Source: Chiloscyllium plagiosum | Taxonomy: Eukaryota | Assembly: GCF_004010195.1 (NCBI RefSeq) | Contig: NC_057719.1 | Span: 84,632,833-84,696,832 of the forward strand | Reading direction: 5' to 3' | DNA length: 64,000 bases | Part shown: positions 36,121 through 50,082 of the stretch, in pieces | Numbering within the stretch: the stretch's first letter is position 1 | Layout: every line of letters starts with the position of its first letter | Position numbers and translations under genes: made by a program | The notes under the pieces: model-generated | Database searches by the model: none | What the model saw: only the letters and a program-made list of their open reading frames with translations | Told to the model about the DNA's origin: nothing

Positions 36121-38152
36121 ACTTAGTTCTGTGCCTTGTTCTTGTCTGTCTTTTATAATTAACTTAATCGTTTCAGATTCAAAATCATCCTGTTCTATCT
36201 TGCCCCTTACTGTGATTCCTTGGACCATTGCCCACCCCATAATTTACAATTTATAATTTAGAAGAATGAGGGATGATCTCCTGGAAACCTGTAAAATTTT
36301 AACAGACAAAACCGGTTAGGCTCAGGAAGGATAAAAGGTAAACCTTTTTGGAACTGAGATGAAAACAAATTTCTTCAGAGTAGTGAGCCTGTGGCATTCA
36401 CTTCCACAGAAAATGGTTGAGGCCAAGACGCTCTTGTAGCTGAAGAGATCAAGAGATTTGGGGGGGTGCATGGGATTAGGACATTGAGCACTGATCAGCC
36501 ACAATCATAATGAATAGTGGAACAGGCTTCAGGGTTCAAATGGCCTACTCATATCTTCTATGTTGTTGTTAATTATTCTTTGAAAAGGGAAAGACAAATT
36601 AGTGACCAAGTTTCACATTTAGTATGAACCTTCTTTCAAAATCATGCATTTGAGTGTGGAAATACCAGTGTGTTCAAGACCTTCAGGAAAACGTTGTGTA
36701 GGCTAGACTAATACTTTATTTCATCCGCTACGTTAGCTTAATTACAAGTTATGCACGTGGTATTACATTTCATGACAAGGCTGTTGTTTATGTGGTTTTA
36801 CTTCTACTTTAAGCAGAAAGTGAGTAAATGTAATAAAACAACATTCCACTGCTCACTAGAACAATCATTCATTTTCTAATCCTAAACTCTGGTTTAGAAT
36901 GGGACAGAAAGTCAACTTGTCCAACCTAAGTTCATATTTGAAGAGTAGGTGGGAACAATGAAACAACAGTTCTGATTTAATTTTTGTTGTCCTAATATTC
37001 TCTTGTACCTGACTCAAATGGTAGTTATCCACACAAGTCCAATCATTTTTGAAAATCTAGCTGAAGGCAACAATTGTTCTCACCCATTTTCTCCTGGTTT
37101 CTAATTCAAATAAGCACTAGATCTATTTTTGAATGTTTTGGTCTCAATTGCTTTCAGTGGCAGAGAATTCTATAGACTCTCCACTGTGGATGAAGAAATT
37201 TCTTAATGGACTACTCTATATTCTTAGACTGTGATCCCTAGTTCTGGACCTCCTCTGTACATTTACCTTTTGAGTACTGTTAGGATTTTAACTCTTCTCC
37301 CTCTGTTCCACCATTCTTCTAAACTCCAGTGAATACAATCCTAACCAGCTCAATCTCTCCTCCATCGTCAATCTCGTCCCAGGAGTCAATATGGTAAAAC
37401 TTTGTTGCCCTCTCTCCATCGCAAGAACATCCTTCCTCCAGTAAGGAGTCCATAATACTCCAGGTGTGGTCTTATTGAGGCCCTGTACAATTGCAACAGG
37501 ACATCCCTATTTCTGTACTCTAATCCTTTTGTTAAGAAGGCCATCATATGATTTGCTCCATTCGCTGCTTTTTATAGCTGTATGTTTGCTTTCAGCAACT
37601 GGCGAACAAGGACATCCAGATCTCGTTGGAAAAGGTGCCACTTAGATAATCTGCCTTCCTGTATCCACTATGAAAATGGATAACCTCACATTTGTCCACG
37701 TAATACTTCATCTGCCATGTACTCAAATTGTCCAAATCACACTAAAGCATCTTTGCATTTTCCTTGTATAGCCTCTTACACAGCTTTGTCATCTGCAAGC
37801 CTAAGGATATTGCATTTAGCTGTGTCATTAAAATCATGAATGTGTATTATGAATAGTTGACAGACTGTCTTCTATATTCAGAACATTTTTCAAAACATTT
37901 CTAAATTACGTCAGATTAGTTCTACTAATAGATTGACGGTACTTTTAGCATAATGTGACATCACAATATGCAGTTACTTTTGTGTGACCTGGGATGAAAT
38001 TGCAAAATCAGCAGTAATTGAGATAATAGCACCAGCTAAACACTTTAGAAAGCCTTGTAAGCCAGTGATATTGTTAACTTAGGTGAAAGAAATATTGATC
38101 TATAGCTGACCATTCTGAAGCTTCATTGTGCAATTTCTATCTCTCTTTTTAG

Positions 38153-38211
38153 ATTCAAAGTGTAACCTGAATACATCCCTAGTGATTTTAGAAGAATCTG
38201 AGTTACATGAG
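38153..38211 (+). CDS. KNL1: KNL1 exon (NSKCNLNTSLVILEESELHE)
   Basis: ctctttttag| and GAG|gtatag sites; phase 1 to phase 0 links both neighbours. Confidence 0.8.
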
Positions 38212-38663
38212 GTATAGTAATTCTATTCTTTTGTTAAGTCCACGACTTAAAATTCCTTGTAAATGCTTACTGGGAAAATTCTGATGTTCACATGTATGTT
38301 AAACTTAGCTTGTGGAAAATGTCTCGCATTGTATACTTACTTAAAACTGATAGGCTACTTCACATATCTTAAGGGCACTCTGCAAGATGTCATAACATGT
38401 GCATGCTTTATAACTTTGGATTATAGGAATAAACCAAGTGTTTCAACATGATTTACAGAATGAGACCATGTGTAATCTAGTTACCACTAGAAATTTGCCA
38501 CTTAAATGTGTAAGGAATGTAATGGGTATGTGCTAAGAGGAAAGAACAGCATCCTAAAGAGCTACAAAATACTGATATGTACTTCTGTATGGCATCTTGT
38601 AATAAGTGCAATTTCATATAAACCACCTTAAGAACAATTTTGCTATTTTGTTTCTTTCTGTAG

Positions 38664-38762
38664 AAATTAATGGATGGCCAGATCACAGTCCGAGAATTTT
38701 TCAAACTTTTGAAAGTTCAAACCCATGCACAGAAATCTCGCCAGAGTGAACTACATGTTAAT
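38664..38762 (+). CDS. KNL1: KNL1 exon (KLMDGQITVREFFKLLKVQTHAQKSRQSELHVN)
   Basis: ttctgtag| and AAT|gtaaga sites; matches human KLQDGRITIREFFILLQV...QKPRQS. Confidence 0.95.
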
Positions 38763-38894
38763 GTAAGAATGTGTCTATAGATGTTCAGATTCCTGAATTC
38801 TTTCCATGCAATTGTCTGCTGCAAATCCTCCTCCAAGCTATGCATCACAATTAAAATGTCAAACATCAAGCTGCATTTTGTGTGTTTAAACCTT

Positions 38895-39497
38895 GTACTT
38901 TTATACAGGACATTGCTTAGGCCACTGTTGGAATATTGAGTGCAATTCTGGTCTTCATCCTATCGGAAAGATGTTGTGAAACGTGAAAGGATTCAGAAAA
39001 GATTTACAAGGATGTTGCCAGGGTTGGAGGATTTGAGCTGTGGGGAGAGGCTGAACAGGCTGGGGCTGTTTTCCCTGGAGCATCGGAGGCTGAGCTTATA
39101 GAGGTTTATAAAATCATGAGGGGCATGGATAGGGTGAATAGACAAAGTCTTTTCCCTGGAATCGGGGAGTCCAGAACTAGAAAGTCTTTTCCCTGGAATC
39201 GGGGAGTCCAGAACTAGAGGGCATAGATTTAGGATGAGAGAGGCAAGATATAAAAGAGACCTAAGGAGCAACGTTTTCACACACAGGGTGGTATGGGTAT
39301 GGAATGAGCTGCCAGAGGAAGTGGTGAAGGCTGGTACAATTACAATATTTAAGAGGCATTTGGATGGGTATATGAATAGGAAGGGTTTGGAGGGATATGG
39401 GCCAGGCAGGTGGGACTAGATTGGGTTGGGATATCTGGTCGGCATGGATGGGTTGGACCGAAGGGTCTCTTTCCATGCTGTACATCTCTATGACTCT
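38895..39497 (+). mobile_element. CR1 LINE 3' fragment with internal 37-bp tandem duplication
   Basis: WNELPEEVVKAGTITIFKRHLD and ctctatgactct tail; aaagtcttttccctggaatcggggagtccagaactag at 39144 and 39181. Confidence 0.92.
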
Positions 39498-41162
39498 GTG
39501 ACTATTTACCTAGCTGTCTCTTTTTGAATGAAGCACAGTATAAAAGAGTTTGAAAGTTAGCTATGGTTAAATTCTGCTGTTTGAATTGATAATGGTTGCG
39601 AGGTTTGTACAGTTTTGTTGTCTTCAAAGTTTGAAAGATTAATCGTGTAACTGAAATGTAAAGAGCACCTGTCATCTGGTTTCCTAGCACCCCAAATAAA
39701 GCTGAAATTTAGTATTATCTGTTTTCCCAATTGTATAGTAAACAGTCACACGAAGCATTGAAATTATTTAGATTGTTAATCAGGCAATTGAAAATCAACA
39801 GTGGACACATTTCTGAAGAATTAAGTAATTTTTTTATATTAAAGCTTTCAAATGGTTACAGGTCAGAATATAATAATTTGGCCTTTATTGTCCCCTTATT
39901 CTTCACTATTTTCCCAATCTATTATTCCCTATCTACTTTGTCCGTATGATTTTGAGCACTTTTCTAATAAATCCCCTCATGAATATTGAGCTCACGATTG
40001 GATGCAGCATTGTAACAGACAGAAACTGTTGTGGAGCTACAATCTGTCCTGCCGTCTTTAACAATTTGTACGCCCCCATGCTCTCTGCTCCCATAATCAC
40101 CGTCAGAATTTTATTCTTCATTTTGTGTTGCTACACCTTGTTGTTCCTCGCAAAAAAATGCCACACTTCTTTGCACTAAATTTCATTTGCTACATATCTG
40201 CCCTTCCACCAGCCTGTCTATGTTCCTTTGAAGTCTACCCCCTCAGCTATTCCAAGTTTGGTGTCACTTGTAAATTTTGAATTTGTGTCCTGCAAATCTT
40301 AGTTTTGATGACCAACATAGGTCAAGAAAGTTGATCATTTCAGGAAGTCCTAGTGTCGATTCTTGGAAAGCCCCTCCAGCCTTAAAACAAAAACAGTCAT
40401 TCACCACTGTTGTCTGGTTTCTGTCATTCAGCCACTGTCCCTTCTAGTCCATATGCTTTGACTTTTCTAAAGTAGTTGAACATAATTTATCTTAAATATT
40501 TTATGACTTTTGTAAGTGTACATTTGTCCCAGCTTTTCATTTCTAAAAGCTTTTCCATTAACAAGATTAAATTGACTTATAGTTGCTGGGTTAATCCATA
40601 CAACATTTTTGAAAAAGTATAATTTCAATTTCCAAGGTTTCTCTTAACACTAAGGAGAATTGGAACACTATTGCCAATGCTTTTGTAATTTCCAACCATC
40701 TTTCCCGCAGTACTTGTATCCCATCTTGTTATGATGACCTATATAACACTTGAATGAAGCCTTCCTCCTCTTTATTGATTTGAACTTGTCCAGTATCCCA
40801 ACTATCTTCACAATGATTTTGGGAGCATCTTCTTGGTAAAAACCAATTGCAAGGTACTTTTTTAAATTTCTAATCTGGCTCTAGAATCCACAATCTGAGA
40901 TGAGAAGGAGTGGAATGCAGACACTATATCTAAGTTAGTCAATTTGTCACAAAAACAATTAGACATGAAGAGGACGTCAAAATGATGCAGTATTGTTTTT
41001 AAAAGGACTGGGATGTCTTTTCCAGTAAAAGCACCAGATTGGCCATTACTGCTGTGGTACTATTAATTATTTCACTAATATTTCTGAATTCTGAAACAAT
41101 TTGAATTATAATTTAGGGTACTTATTTGCCTAATTCCTGTGTTTTGTTCATACTTTGGACAG

Positions 41163-41278
41163 GTTGAATTGGACAAGTCTTCAACTGTCGAAAATTGGCT
41201 GGCAGTGAAGTTTGTTCACCGGCCAAAACGGGAAGTCTATGAAGAGGATAGCTGTGCTCTCTCTGCAGCCATAGCTGA
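41163..41278 (+). CDS. KNL1: KNL1 exon (VELDKSS...FVHRPKREVYEEDS...)
   Basis: ggacag| and GA|gtaaga sites; matches human YVYRPKIQIYREDC. Confidence 0.92.
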
Positions 41279-41619
41279 GTAAGACCTTGTAATATTCAGA
41301 TAAGAGGAAAGCAATCCACTGTAGTCAGATTTTTTTCCCCTCTACTGAAGTGTACCTTAAAATCCGTATGCTCTTGTGAAAATTGACATTGTTTTGCTAA
41401 CTTGCTAGTGATCAGGGGAAACATATAATTATTTAAAACAATAATTGGTGGTTCTGATATAATATAATTGAATAGGTATCTTCCCTGGAGTAAGCTATTT
41501 AAATAAAAGTAAAGTCACCACAGGGATATACTCGTTAAAGAGAAGTGACTGGTAGTAGTTTAATCTGAGGGTTACCATTCCTCAGCTGAAGGGAGAGGTT
41601 GATAAGGAGAGTCTATTAC

Positions 41620-41927
41620 TAGATTAGATTAGATTCCTTACAGTGTGGAAACAGGCTCTTTGGCCCAACAAGTCCACACCAACCCTCCGAAGAGTAACTC
41701 ACCCAGACCCATTTCCCTCTGGCTAATGCACCTAACACTACGGGCAATTTAGCGTGGTCAATCCACCTGACCTGCACATCTTTGGACTGTGGGAGGAAAC
41801 TGGAGCACCCGGAGGAAACCCACGCAGACACGGGGAGAATGTGCGAACTCCACACAGGCGGCCAACTGAGGCCAGAACTGAACCTGGTGCTGTGAGCCAG
41901 CAGTGCTAACCACTGAGCCACCATGCC
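41620..41927 (-). mobile_element. HE1/V-SINE
   Basis: Reverse complement of the family sequence; (AGATT)n at the left end. Confidence 0.9.
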
Positions 41928-42348
41928 ATCCTTCATTAATGTCAGCAGTGTGGGAATTGAACCTACACGGTTAGCGTTACTCTGCAACACAATGCAGCTG
42001 TCCGCCAACTGAGCTAACCTACACCATTTTTTAAAAAAAAATCATCTTAGTCTGATAAAAATGGGATAGCTTGAGATTATTCTGCATTATTTAGCACACC
42101 AAGCTGATTTTGCTCATTTAATTCATAGTAGTATGGAATTATGTCAGAATTGATTTAGTCTAATACAGTGAATTACCTACAAACTGTAAAATCTTTCTGG
42201 TAAACATCTTGCTACTTTTGAGAAGTCCACAGTTAAAATGGATTCTCATTTATTACAAGTTGTGTGCAGCACAGAAACAGACAAATGGTCTATTTGGATT
42301 AAGTTGGTATTTATCTTGCACATACTGACACATCCTTTCATTCACCGT

Positions 42349-42668
42349 GGGCAGCACGGTGGCACAGTGGTTAGCACTGCTGCCTCACAGCGCCAGAGAC
42401 CCGGGTTCAATTCCCGCCTCAGACGACTGTCTGTGTGGAGTTTGCACATTCTCCCCGTGTCTGCGGAGGTTTCCTCCGGGTGCTCCGGTTTCCTCCCACA
42501 GTCCAAAAGATGTGCAGGATCAGGTGAATTGGCCATGCTAAATTGCCCGTAGTGTTAGGTAAAGGGTAAACGTATGGGTGAGTTTCGCTTCGGCGGGTTG
42601 GTGTGGACTTGTTGGGCCGAAGGGCCTGTTTCCACACTGTAATCTAATCTAATCTAATCTAATCTAAT
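42349..42668 (+). mobile_element. HE1/V-SINE, full length
   Basis: A/B boxes, V-domain, (AATCT)n tail. Confidence 0.93.
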
Positions 42669-44822
42669 TCCTTTCTCCCTCATAGCTTTCCTTTTAATTA
42701 AAATTTAAGATATCTTGTCAACTACTACGCGAGATAACACATTCCATATTCTCCTCACTTGTCAGATAGAGTTTTTTCTGAATTCTTTATTGGGTTTATT
42801 CATGACTGACTTTTGTCTACATTTCCCCTAGCAAACTACTTCATAATTTACAAGGTCTATCAAGTTCCTTTTTTGATTTCCCTCTTTGAGACAAAATAGC
42901 CTCAGCCAGTCTGGTCTTTTCTGATAGTTTCAACGCCTCGTATCTGGTGTTTTTCTTGTATATTTTTTATATGCTTTCTTCAATGCTGCTTTACATTTTT
43001 AAAGTTATGGAGGTCAGACCTATGCATAGTATTCCCCATTGTGGTCTAATCAGAGGCTCCGTACAAATTTTAAGTGTTTCTCCATTTTTCATTTCTACTG
43101 CTGTAGAACTGTAACCCAGTTCTTTGAAATTGTTTATGGCCTTGAAACTTGCATTGCTACTTTATTATTTTGGCTCTTTACCGTTCTAAATTTTGCTGAT
43201 CCATTTAAAAGCTTGGAAAGAGAACTTTTTCTTATTTTTCCTCGTACCACCACAATTTATGGCTATCACATAATGGGCAAATTGTTTTTACGCTTAGTCC
43301 ACCTCTGAGTGGTGGAGCCTTTAATAAACTAGTTTTTGTGTATTGCATCCTGCGAACTATATCATTTTTAAAGGATTATTCTACAAGATAAATGTTCTGT
43401 TACATTTCTGTCCTGTTGGTCATTGGCTTTAAATAATTCTTATGAATTGAATAATCTTGTTACTTCTCTTGTATACAGAATATTGCATTCAAATGGTCTG
43501 TAATTATAAAATGCCACTAGGACTTTTTTTTGGATTACATTGGGTTGATTCAGAGAATAAGGATGTTTATATCCAAAATGAGTGTCAATATTTAATGTGC
43601 TTCTGCTTTTATTTTGGTTCGAACTGTGTCTGAATCCTGACTGCGTAGTGGAACGTTTTGCTACCTTTTAATGTGATATAACTGCTTCAAAGCAGCCATT
43701 TGGGACATTCCAAAAAAAAACAATTTTACGAAGTTGGGGAGGATTGATGACTGCTGTTGCCCATAAACATGGACTAACCCTAACTTCTGCTACTAGTGTC
43801 CTAACTTACACCTATTGCAACTGTGTTCATTCTTGTTAACACCTCAATTTTGGAATTCTCCACCTTGCTTTCAAGTTCCTCATTGACACACTTCTCACTA
43901 GTTTTCTAATATCCTTCAACCCTACAATGTTCAGAAATTTCTGTATTCCTATAATTCTGGTGCCTTGCACCTGTCTGGATGTTGGTTGTCCTGCCATCAA
44001 TATTCCATTGTCTATGTCCTAAGCTCTGGAATTTGCTTCCTAAACATCTGAATATCCATCTCTTTGTTCAAGTTGCTTATTAAAACCAAATTGCTAATTT
44101 GTCCAAACATTTTGTTATCTGTCCTTATATCAACTTTGATGACTTGGTGTTAATTTTCTTTTAATAACATTCCTGTGAAACACTTTTTGGGCCATTTTAC
44201 TACTTTAAATTTGCTATAATATAGGTTGTTTATGGCACACATCTGATGAGTCTGACTTGAGCCATTGTAAACTTACTACTTGTTAGGCACTTGCAGCCAG
44301 AAAGAAAAGGAGACTTTCATCCTGTAACTTGAGCTGACTTCTAGTCCAAGATCAAGACATAAAAAATGTTTGATTCCATTTTATATTCTGATTCCCAGAT
44401 TATTTTCTCTTCTCTGTTATAGACTGAAATGATACAAAGCATAAAATATTACAGAATAGACATGGTTAAATGCCACATGAACACGTATGACTCTTCAACT
44501 AGAGCTGTTTCCTTCCCATTCTCTTTCCTGGGAGAACAACTAAAGAATACCCTTATCAAAGCTTACTGGCCTTAAGTTAATTCTACAATACATTCTAACT
44601 TTATGTTGAAAGCTTTTTTAAGAATGGATTTGTAAGTTGCAGTTATGCCTAATTTTACCTTTCAGCAAAAAAATCCTGTATGAAAATGTGCACACAGTTT
44701 TAAAATGATCAAACTTTAGAAATTAGAGTTTGCATATGAGGACAGGAGACAAAAATCTAGATAATACTAGCATTGAATATTCAATGCCTTTGTAATGTTC
44801 TGATTTTCCTTTGTCTTTACAG

Positions 44823-44913
44823 ACTGAAGGATCAGTTGTTAGACCTTGATAAACTTCTGTCAGAGGTGAATCCTTCTCTTTGGAAAGATGTGATGGAAAT
44901 GACAGAAGAGGAG
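44823..44913 (+). CDS. KNL1: KNL1 exon (LKDQLLDLDKLLSEVNPSLWKDVMEMTEEE)
   Basis: tctttacag| and GAG|gtaaca sites; matches human DKLLVDINKNLWEKM. Confidence 0.93.
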
Positions 44914-45281
44914 GTAACAAATTTATCAGTGTTGAAGTTATCTACATGGACCTAAGTTCAGTAATTTATTCTTTCAAAATTAAAGTTTATAATTAATGTT
45001 TGGTGCTGAGATTTTTTTTCCTGAAGCATGTTACTTTTATTGATGCTCAATTTCACATCATTGTTGATCATACCTGCAAACTGGACTAAATTGAGATTTA
45101 TGGCATTCAGATACCTGATTCATTTTAAGATGAATTTGTTGCCATAGCTTTGTTAATTCAGCAATTTGTTTTAAAATGTGCCAACCAGGATTTGATAGGA
45201 ATAGATTATCTTGAAATCAACAACAACTGCATAATGAATTAAAAGCCTTTACATTACGTTATTGAAAAATGTTCTTTTCAG

Positions 45282-45398
45282 TTGCGACAGTTTCGTTCTT
45301 GCCTGAATGCCAAGAAATCTATTTTTGTGAAAAAAACCAAAGCAATCTGCCATGAACAAAAGGTTGAGCTGTATTCAGCACAGCTGAATATGTTCAAG
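45282..45398 (+). CDS. KNL1: KNL1 exon (LRQFRSCLNAKKSIFVKKTKAICHEQKVELYSAQLNMFK)
   Basis: cttttcag| and AAG|gtaagt sites; matches human LKAFGIYLNKIKSCFTKMTKVFTHQGKVALY. Confidence 0.93.
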
Positions 45399-46859
45399 GT
45401 AAGTTTGCTTTATGAATCTACTTCAGCAACATTTAATGGTATGATAATCTGGGTATGCACAGTAAGGTCTGACCCTTGAATAGCTATCCACTTCAAATGC
45501 ATTATAATTTCAGAGGTTGAGTGTCTTTGGAACTCCATGCGGTGGAGAGCTGTGGGGGCTGTGTCAATCCTTTTGTATATTTAAGGCTGAGATAGGTCGA
45601 TTCTCAATCAGTCGGGGAAATCGAGGTTTATGTGGAAAATGCAGGAAAGTGGACATGAGTAGTGTCAGATCAGCTGTGCTTGTAATGAATGGTGGAACAG
45701 ACACAAGGGACTAAATGGCCTATACCTGTTGCTATTTCTTATAGTCTTATGAAGTTTCTGTTGAATAATTAAATTTAGCATCTCTCCTGTCGCAATTTGG
45801 GCTTCAAGGCACAGGTTAAGTGGTAGTTTAACCTTCGAAAAAATGTGTCTTCTCAAATAATATAACTTCTGATTTAATATTCAATTTGTAGCTGTTAATT
45901 TGTGTATTGAGTATTTTGCTTTGCAGCAATTTGCACATCATGTAATGAATACATTATTCTTTAACCTGTGGGTGTAGTATTTAATGGGAATATGCAAATA
46001 AGAAGAATTGTGCCCTTTGTACAACCCTCCAATTCATGCTATGATCTCTTTTTCTTGCTGAATATATTTGGTTCAAGACGCTTTCGATCTTTATTGAGCA
46101 TATTTAAGAAGATTTGTGCTATTGTTTGGACTAAGGCCCATACAGACGGTTTTACTTGTGGTATTGGAGAGGGTTTAAACCAGGAGGGTGGAAACTTGAG
46201 AGAATTCAGATTGGAGAGAAAATAAGGTTGGTTATGGTAAGAAGAAAATTAGCAAACTGAATTGGAAGACAGCAGAAACAAAAGCGGACATCAAATGGAG
46301 TGGTTACAAAAAAGGGCAAAATTAAAGGCATGTACGAAGGCATGCAGGCAGTAAACAGATATGATTTAATTGCCCTTGGAGAGATGAGGCTGCAAGGTGA
46401 CCAAGATTGAGAATTGAATATTCAGAAGCAATAGACAAAAAGGACAAAAGTAGGAGCAGAGCAGTTAATAAGTGAAGTCAAGACCTAAGTGAGAGAAGAT
46501 CAGCCAAATAGCCTAAAAGTTACTTGTTTATTAGCCATAAAGCTGTAGAGGTAATGTAAGGCACACTATGAATCTGGAAGATAAAAGTCCGTGTAACAAA
46601 GACAATTTAGTTATAAAGGGAAACTTCCTACATACATATAGCTTGGCCAAACGTAATTTGCATGAATGCTGTGATAGGGCCATTTTCTGGAATGCATTCA
46701 AAATGCATTTCTAAAACATTATACTGAGAAATCAACTAGAGAATGGATTACTTTGGATTTAGTTTTGTGAAATGAGAAAAGATTAGTTAATCTTGTGGAA
46801 AAGGAGCCTTCTGGGAAGTGTGGTCATAATAGAATAGAATTTTAGATTAAATATAGAAA

Positions 46860-48385
46860 GGTTTCTCCTTTCCTTTTTCCGTAAAGTAGATAGACTCATT
46901 CTTGAATTTATTTGAAATTAAAAAATCTCCTAGGTTATGAAAACAGTTGTTACAGAGGCACTACTGAATATTTTGTTTTATTATTGGGCAGCAAACATTA
47001 GAAATTTTGGCTGCAATATGAGAACCTTGATGCGCTCCTAATTTGGTTGACTATTGAGGCAAATTCTACCCATCCGGTAACATTGAAGGCTTTATTGCGT
47101 TCATCTCTCCTTTCTTCAGCCTCTATTTACATGAACAATGTAATTGTTTAATCCTGTCTTAAAATTTGATTTCAATTTAGATGCCACTTTAGCTTTCAGT
47201 CATTTTCTACTAAGGTGCAGTTGGCAGCAAATCATATTTAGCGGACAGTGCCTTTTCTGGTTCGGCTGTTAGGAATAAAAACTGTGAAAGATTTATATGT
47301 TGATGGCATTTTTGCATCTTTTCAATAATTATTTGATAAGTTTTCACTTTCTAAAAGCCACTTTAGATACCTCCAAGTTCGTAGTTTTGTCCGTAGTTCA
47401 TTTCAGGTTTTCCCAGCCCTCCTTCATGATTCTGATTTTGACATCTTTCAAGAACCGATTTCTACATTAAAGGAGGCTATTTCCACTATTTATTCAACCA
47501 GTCGTAAAGTATGCTCAGATTCTTTTGATTCTATTAAAGCTATCTGGGAGGCAGATTTGGGAGAGGTAATTCAAGGTAATGTGTGGGATGAGATTTTTCA
47601 AAGGGTGCACAGATCTTCTATCTATGCAAAACATTGTTTTATTCAGTGCAAGATTCTGCACCACACCCACTACACCAAAGTTCGACTTGCAAACATATTT
47701 GAGGAGGTGTCTCTGTCCTATGATCAGTGTCAACAAACCCCAGCAAATTATATGCACATGTTCTGGCTTTGACCTTCTTAAAGTTGCGACTTGACTGATA
47801 TCTTTGACACCTTAACTAGGGTATCCAGAGAAAATCTTACTCCTAATGCTCTTACCGCTTTGTTTGGGGTGTCATCATCTTTACCTACTTTTCTTCCTCT
47901 GCAAAATACATGATAGGATTCACTATCCTATTGGCCAGAAGATTAATATTGCTACAATGGAAATCCCTAATTCCTCCTACTCATACACACTGGGTTAGAG
48001 ATGTGCTATACTTTTGTATATTAGAAAAGATTAGGTTATCCTTATTTGGCTCCTCTAACAAATTTATAAAAATCTGGAACCTTTTTTCTCATATGTTAAG
48101 GGTATTGTCTTTTTAACTTTTCCAGACTGAGGTATCTTCTATTGTGGTGATTTTTTTCTTTTTCTTTTGCTAATGAAGTTATCTTATTGCTGGTCTAATT
48201 TATTATGGTTTTGTGCTTTGTATATGTTTATATTAGGGTCATTTGTCATTTTTTTTCTTTGTATTTTCGGGGAGGTATGTGCTGTGGGTCAGGGTTTTGT
48301 TCACAATTACTTTTGCTTGTGTTTGCACCTTCTTCTGCTGTCACTTTATTTGGAGTAAAGTCAATAAAATTATTTTTAAAAATGA
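46860..48385 (+). mobile_element. L1-clade LINE 3' portion, decayed
   Basis: YYWAANIR, IQCKILHHTHYTKVRL...CQQTPANYMHMFW (CCHC region), LLARRLILLQWKS...W...LEKI; T-rich 3' UTR ending in aataaa plus an A-rich tail. Confidence 0.85.
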
Positions 48386-49961
48386 AAATGTGCAATCAAA
48401 ACGACCAGTATACCTTGGTAATTTCCTTTGTTTAAATTCTCAAAGGGCATGTTTACTGTGGTAGATTGGAAATTTATACATTTGTTACTGTTGATTCTAC
48501 CCATCCGGTAACATAGAAGGCTTTATTGCGCTCAACTCTCCTTTCCTCAACATGAGGCACAAAAACCCAGTGGGGCAAGTGATCCAAACGTAGCTACCAA
48601 AATGTTAATGTTAAGTCCAAAAGAAGTCATAAGCCGTAGGATTGGTGGTGTTTTAAATTGTAGTAAATGGGGATCAAGAAATTGATGATGGAAGGACATT
48701 AGGGCATGCAAACCAGAAAAAGGTATAAAAAAAAGGATTGTAAAAGCTTCTGCAGATACTTTAAATGAAACCTATTAGCAAAGACAGTTTACAGGCAGGG
48801 ACATTGGGGAATATGGAAATGGAAGAGAAACTAAGTAAACATATTGCACCTATCTTTTTGAAGGAAGATGCAAAAAAGCCATAGCAATGCTATAGTATTC
48901 AGGGAGTAGCAAGAATAATGAACTGAAGAAAATTAGTATCCGTAAGAAGTAGTATTGACACAGCTAGGTGGGAATGAGAGTTGTAAGAAAGGTATGAGGC
49001 AATTTTAGAGGGGTTTAGTGAGTGGATTAGAACATGATGAAGAAAATATAGTGTGGAAAATGGAAATAGACTATTTCTCAAATGGTTAGAAATTGAGAAG
49101 TGTTAATGTCCAAAGGAATTTTGGTGTCCTTGTTCATAGATCACTGAAGCTAACATGCAGGTGCAGCAAGCAGTTAGAAAGGCAAGTGGTAAATTGGCCT
49201 TTAGTAATTATGTAGAACTTTCATGAAACAACAACTAGAGTGTTGTTTTCCATTTTGGTTTCCATATATAGGGAAGGACACAACAAAGGTTCACTGGGCT
49301 AGTTCGTGGGATGGTAGGATTCAAGTTCAAGTATAGAAATCACTCTTAAAAGCTAGTGGATTGGACCAAAAATTACACAAGTTAATGAAATGTTGGCTCC
49401 TATCAAAAACGATCAGAGTTCAAAATGGTAGTAATTGTATTACATTATGCTGAACTCTTGGTGTGACTTCAGCACTGCAATCAGTTCAATGAATTGCACC
49501 TCACTAAGAATATATTAATCTTTTTGAGTGAATACAGTGCACATTTGTCATATTAATACCAGGACTAAAACGATTAAGTTACATGAACAGGTTGCATTGT
49601 GTAATCTTAAATTCATTTGGATATAGAAGCGTTAGAATGATTTCAAAGGAGTTGGTTGATTAGATAGAAACTGTTTTCTCTCTTGGGAAAATCAGTAAAA
49701 AGGACCTCGACCATTGAGGACTAATGTCAATAAACAGTTCTTAAAATTATTTTGACTAAGCCTTAATAGCTTTTTTTTAAGATTCTGGATTTCCAATACT
49801 GTATGAACTAACATGGATGGACCTTTGTTAGATAAAATATGTTAAGCAACAAAGGAACCAAAGAAACCTGAGTTGGGAACATAGATGAACCACAATCTAA
49901 TTGTGAATAATGGAGCAAGCTTGAAGGGCTGTGAGGCCTGCTACTATTCCTATAGTCATCT

Positions 49962-50082
49962 ACTGAAGGGCTTTTGCCTGAAACGTTGATTTTACTGTTC
50001 CTCGGATGCTGCCGGAACTGCTGTGCTTTTCTAGCACCACTGTAAACTCTGGTTTCCAGCATCTGCAGTCATTGTTTTTATC
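49962..50082 (+). mobile_element. Penelope-derived pLTR fragment with 5'-truncated hammerhead motif
   Basis: tgaagggcttttgcctGAAACGTTgattttactg...ccagcatctgcagtcattgttttt; possible TSD tatagtca at 49951 and 50087. Confidence 0.8.
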
